Assembly: GCF_963921235.1 (NCBI RefSeq)
Contig: NC_086100.1
Coordinates: 177,692,001-177,756,000 of the forward strand
Direction of reading: 5' to 3'
Source of the DNA: Mobula hypostoma
Lineage: Eukaryota
DNA length: 64,000 nucleotides
Shown here: piece by piece, positions 60,886-64,000 of the stretch
Position numbering within the stretch: position 1 is the first letter of the stretch
Layout of the letters: each line of letters starts with the position of its first letter
Translations under genes and position numbers: made by a program
The notes under the pieces: model-generated
The model's input: only the letters and a program-made list of their open reading frames with translations
What the model was told of the DNA's origin: nothing
The model's database searches: none

Positions 60886-61681
60886 CATGTAATGCCCATA
60901 TCTTTTTTTTTACTTCTTTATTCTCTTAAAAGCAGAGCGTGATGCTTTGAATATGGCTCTAGCTACTCTGATATTTTATCCACGTGCCATTCTTCATTGT
61001 TCAGTTAAGTAGAGTTTATTGTCATATGCCTAGGTATGGTGAAGTACAGGTATGACAGCAACATCACAGGCATGTCAGTAAGTAGGATTATTGTTCAGCT
61101 GTATCTGCTTTATGGCAAGAAGTGCTCATCCTTTGCGATTTACCGAGAAACCCTAAAGTACCACTGATGCATTGTTTATCGCATTTTAGTGCTGGAACCT
61201 TTGTAGCTAAGAGCTCGTTTGAATGAACTAATATAGCTCAAAGTAGAATCCTTTGATCGGAGTATCCAATCCTTCTGCAAGATCTGTAGCTCTTTAAAAT
61301 TTAGAAATAATTATTCACTTTTTGTCATTTCGTTAATGCAAATCAAATGACCTTTACATTTCCCTTATGTATGGTTGGTGATAGACTTGTCTGTTTTTTC
61401 TGTCAAGAACCAGACTTTTTTTTTATCAGCAACCAAACTGCTTAGTTAAGTGCCTTACTCTCTCCAAACACTAATTCCTGATCCATACAATGACAGTGCC
61501 TGGCATTTTAGCAATAGATCAAATGCACTCTCTCTGCATTTTAGCAGAGAAAGCATTCACAGACCCAATTAAATAGTGTATCCATCTTGTCTTCTTCCTG
61601 GTAGCCCTACTTTCACAGAAACCAGTTGAAAGTCAACATGATTCTTTCTACATGATATTAAGAAATATTTCAGAGCACAGG

Positions 61682-61751
61682 TAACATACGTATAATGCTG
61701 GAGGAACTCAGCAGGTCAGGCAGCATCAATGAGTCATCATTGTTTCAGGTC
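61682..61751 (-). mobile_element. Very short Penelope-derived mini-element with 11-bp TSD
   Basis: TSD cagagcacagg at 61671-61681 and 61752-61762; body aatgctggaggaactcagcaggtcaggcagcatc. Confidence 0.75.
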
Positions 61752-62373
61752 CAGAGCACAGGATACTGCAAAAGTGACAAAACCAAGCAGCATTTTTGGT
61801 ACATCCTGTAGACCTGTATGCTAGTTAACTTCAGTGTAATGATGGTGGAAAAGCTAACTAGCACAGTTTCTTGTTCCCTCACTGCATTGTCTCTGACCTC
61901 ATCTGTTCCCTCTTGGACTATGAGCTCTCTTTTCTTGCATCCAGATATTAAGTAAACTTTTTTGTCAAAAGTTTGGAGCCTTGAATTGGTATGTGGAGGT
62001 TAGGGGAGTGGAGAAGATGGCAGAGCAGACTAGATGGGCCAAATGGTCTAATTCTCCTATGTTCTGTGGTCTTATGGAAGAAGCAATCAATATGGGATGT
62101 TAGTGAGAAAAGAGAAAACATAAGATGATAGGGTTCAGTGAAGGAATATCATTTGAAGGCATGGGGTGTGAAATGAAAAGTGTACTGAAAGACAGAGGAG
62201 AATGGAGAAAAGGTGCAGAAACAAACAGACGAAGATTAGCCCTAAAACTTTGAGGAGTGCAGGGAAGGGAAATAACTAGAAGCAGTGAACAAAACCCAAA
62301 AGTGTTGGAGATTTCAGAGAAAGTTTGTTCATTTTTTAAAATTGAACAATAATCATGAGAGACACTAGTTTTT

Positions 62374-62666
62374 TAAATTTTATTTTTATTTGGATAAGGT
62401 ATTCACAAGTATTATACAATTTTTTTACATGTATAACCATTTCCATTTTGTATATATGTATAGATCTATAATTATTTATACATTCACAAGTACACATTGA
62501 GATGATATAAAAAGTAATTAGGCACTTAAATAGATAATTGTGTGCAGTTGTAGTTCCACTCTATTAGACTAAGTATTGATAATGGTTGCAAAAAAAAAGT
62601 AATAATAGTGGATTAATAATAATTTCCATGTATCTCTTCTGGACCACTTCTTTCTGGTCCGGAGAT
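62374..62666 (-). mobile_element. Retroposed AT-rich 3' tail (L1/Tx1-like) with 12-bp TSD
   Basis: TSD acactagttttt at 62362-62373 and 62667-62678. The T-rich left end reads as AATAAA plus an A-tail on the minus strand. Confidence 0.65.
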
Positions 62667-63434
62667 ACACTAGTTTTTACAGTTCATTTTAACATTAGTA
62701 ACTGGAGTTGCCCTAATTAAAGCACGGGTCTTACTTTTTGGTCTTGATGTTTCAAAATTGGCACCAGGCTCTTTGTAAAACTTTTATTAACTTATATAAG
62801 TATATATAGGCCCATTTCAGAAAAGTCGATTATTTTGATTTAGCTTTTGTTATAAGTTATAAGTTTCAAGTTATCCTTGAACAAGCTATACCAAGAGGTG
62901 ACAAATTAGTAATATGTTAAAATTAATTTAGAAAAGGCAAATGAAACCTCTGAGATTATAGTATACTGAATTTACTAATGTTACCCACATTGTCAATTAC
63001 AAGTTTCATACAGGAAAATGAATTTTGTATTGGTGTAATCCTTAACAGTGTTCTTAATTGTTGCACTGGTTATTTTACCATTGACTTGCAAGAGAACTGT
63101 GCACAGTATTTCATTAGAACTAGACACTCAGTAACACTGATACCTAAAGCAATTAATTTTGCTCTTTGAACAACTGGAAATGCAATTCCTTCGTTTTCTA
63201 TCTTTACTTCATATCTGTAGCATCAGCATTTTCTGACCCTGCATGGTAAAACAGAGGAATGCAATTCAAGTTTATTGAATAAACACTTTCTTTTGTTGAA
63301 AGTTAAAGCTCAAATATCAGCAACATTAAAATCTACTCTGTATGGATTTGATTTAATTTCTTGAGTCTTCTGGTATAATAACTTGAATCCTGTTATTTCT
63401 GGTTATGTACGGAGCAGTAATTCTTGGTTCTGAG

Positions 63435-64000
63435 AATTGCTTCTTTAACAGATTTGACAGTGTGGCCCCTGTCCGTCCCATACATGAGCCATCCGTTGTC
63501 GGCCCCCAACCAACACATATTCCACTCTCCCCTCCTACCCCTCCTCACAGTCCCCCACCCTGCTCTCATGACTATACCCCTTCCCCACACGAAACCACCA
63601 CGGCGGGCTTCACGGCTGAACAGGTGAGAAGACAGCTGAAATGTCTCAACTCAAGCAAGACTGCAGGACCGGATGGTGTCAGTACCAGGGTGCTCAAAGC
63701 CTGTGCCCCTCAGCTATGTGGAGTACTTCGCCATGTATTCAACCTGAGCCTGAAGCTCCGGAGGGTTCCTGTGCTGTGGAAGATGTCCTGATTCGTCCCT
63801 GTGCCGAAGGCGCCACGCCCCAGCGGCCTCAATGACTACAGACCGGTGGCATTGACCTCCCACATCATGAAGACCCTGGAGAGACTTGTTCTGGAGCTGC
63901 TCCGGCCTATGGTCAGGCCACACTTAGATCCCCTCCAGTTCGCCTACGAGCCCCAACTAGGAGTTGAGGATGCCATCGTCTTCCTGCTGAACTGTGTCTA
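63435..64000 (+). mobile_element. Rex1-type LINE, 5'-truncated, running off the window
   Basis: FFNRFD, KTAGPDGVSTRVLKACAPQL, then [35 protein letters not shown]. Confidence 0.92.

Noticed and set aside
1-64000. CRISPR array or prokaryotic operon/defence system
   Set aside because: There are no regularly spaced repeats with unique spacers and no gene-dense operons. All RT and endonuclease ORFs belong to vertebrate non-LTR retrotransposons.

Overview
Eukaryotic vertebrate genomic DNA, most likely a cartilaginous fish (probably a ray or other batoid). This is inferred from V-SINE (HE1-like), CR1, Rex1/Babar and Penelope-derived repeats. There are three host-gene signals. (1) A CpG-island promoter and first coding exon of an unidentified minus-strand gene at about 4.3-4.5 kb. 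(2) An intact, intronless 323-aa V1R/ORA-type seven-transmembrane chemoreceptor at 10861-11832. (3) A CpG-island promoter and first coding exon of a probable DDRGK1 (UFBP1) gene at 48215-48302, whose intron 1 appears to fill the rest of the window. The remainder is densely nested transposable elements: two long CR1 LINEs with esterase ORF1 and APE-RT ORF2 inserted into Rex/Babar LINEs, tRNA-derived SINEs, a solo LTR and several MITEs. The most notable structure is about 14 short, often TSD-flanked, Penelope-derived elements built around a minimal hammerhead-ribozyme motif; one copy is still attached to a Penelope endonuclease C-terminus. Also present are an exact 73-bp templated duplication, an inverted duplication that includes non-repeat DNA, and a composite Tc1-like MITE enclosing a LINE tail. 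No CRISPR array, rRNA or standalone tRNA gene was seen. All family and gene names come from motif recognition, not from database searches.
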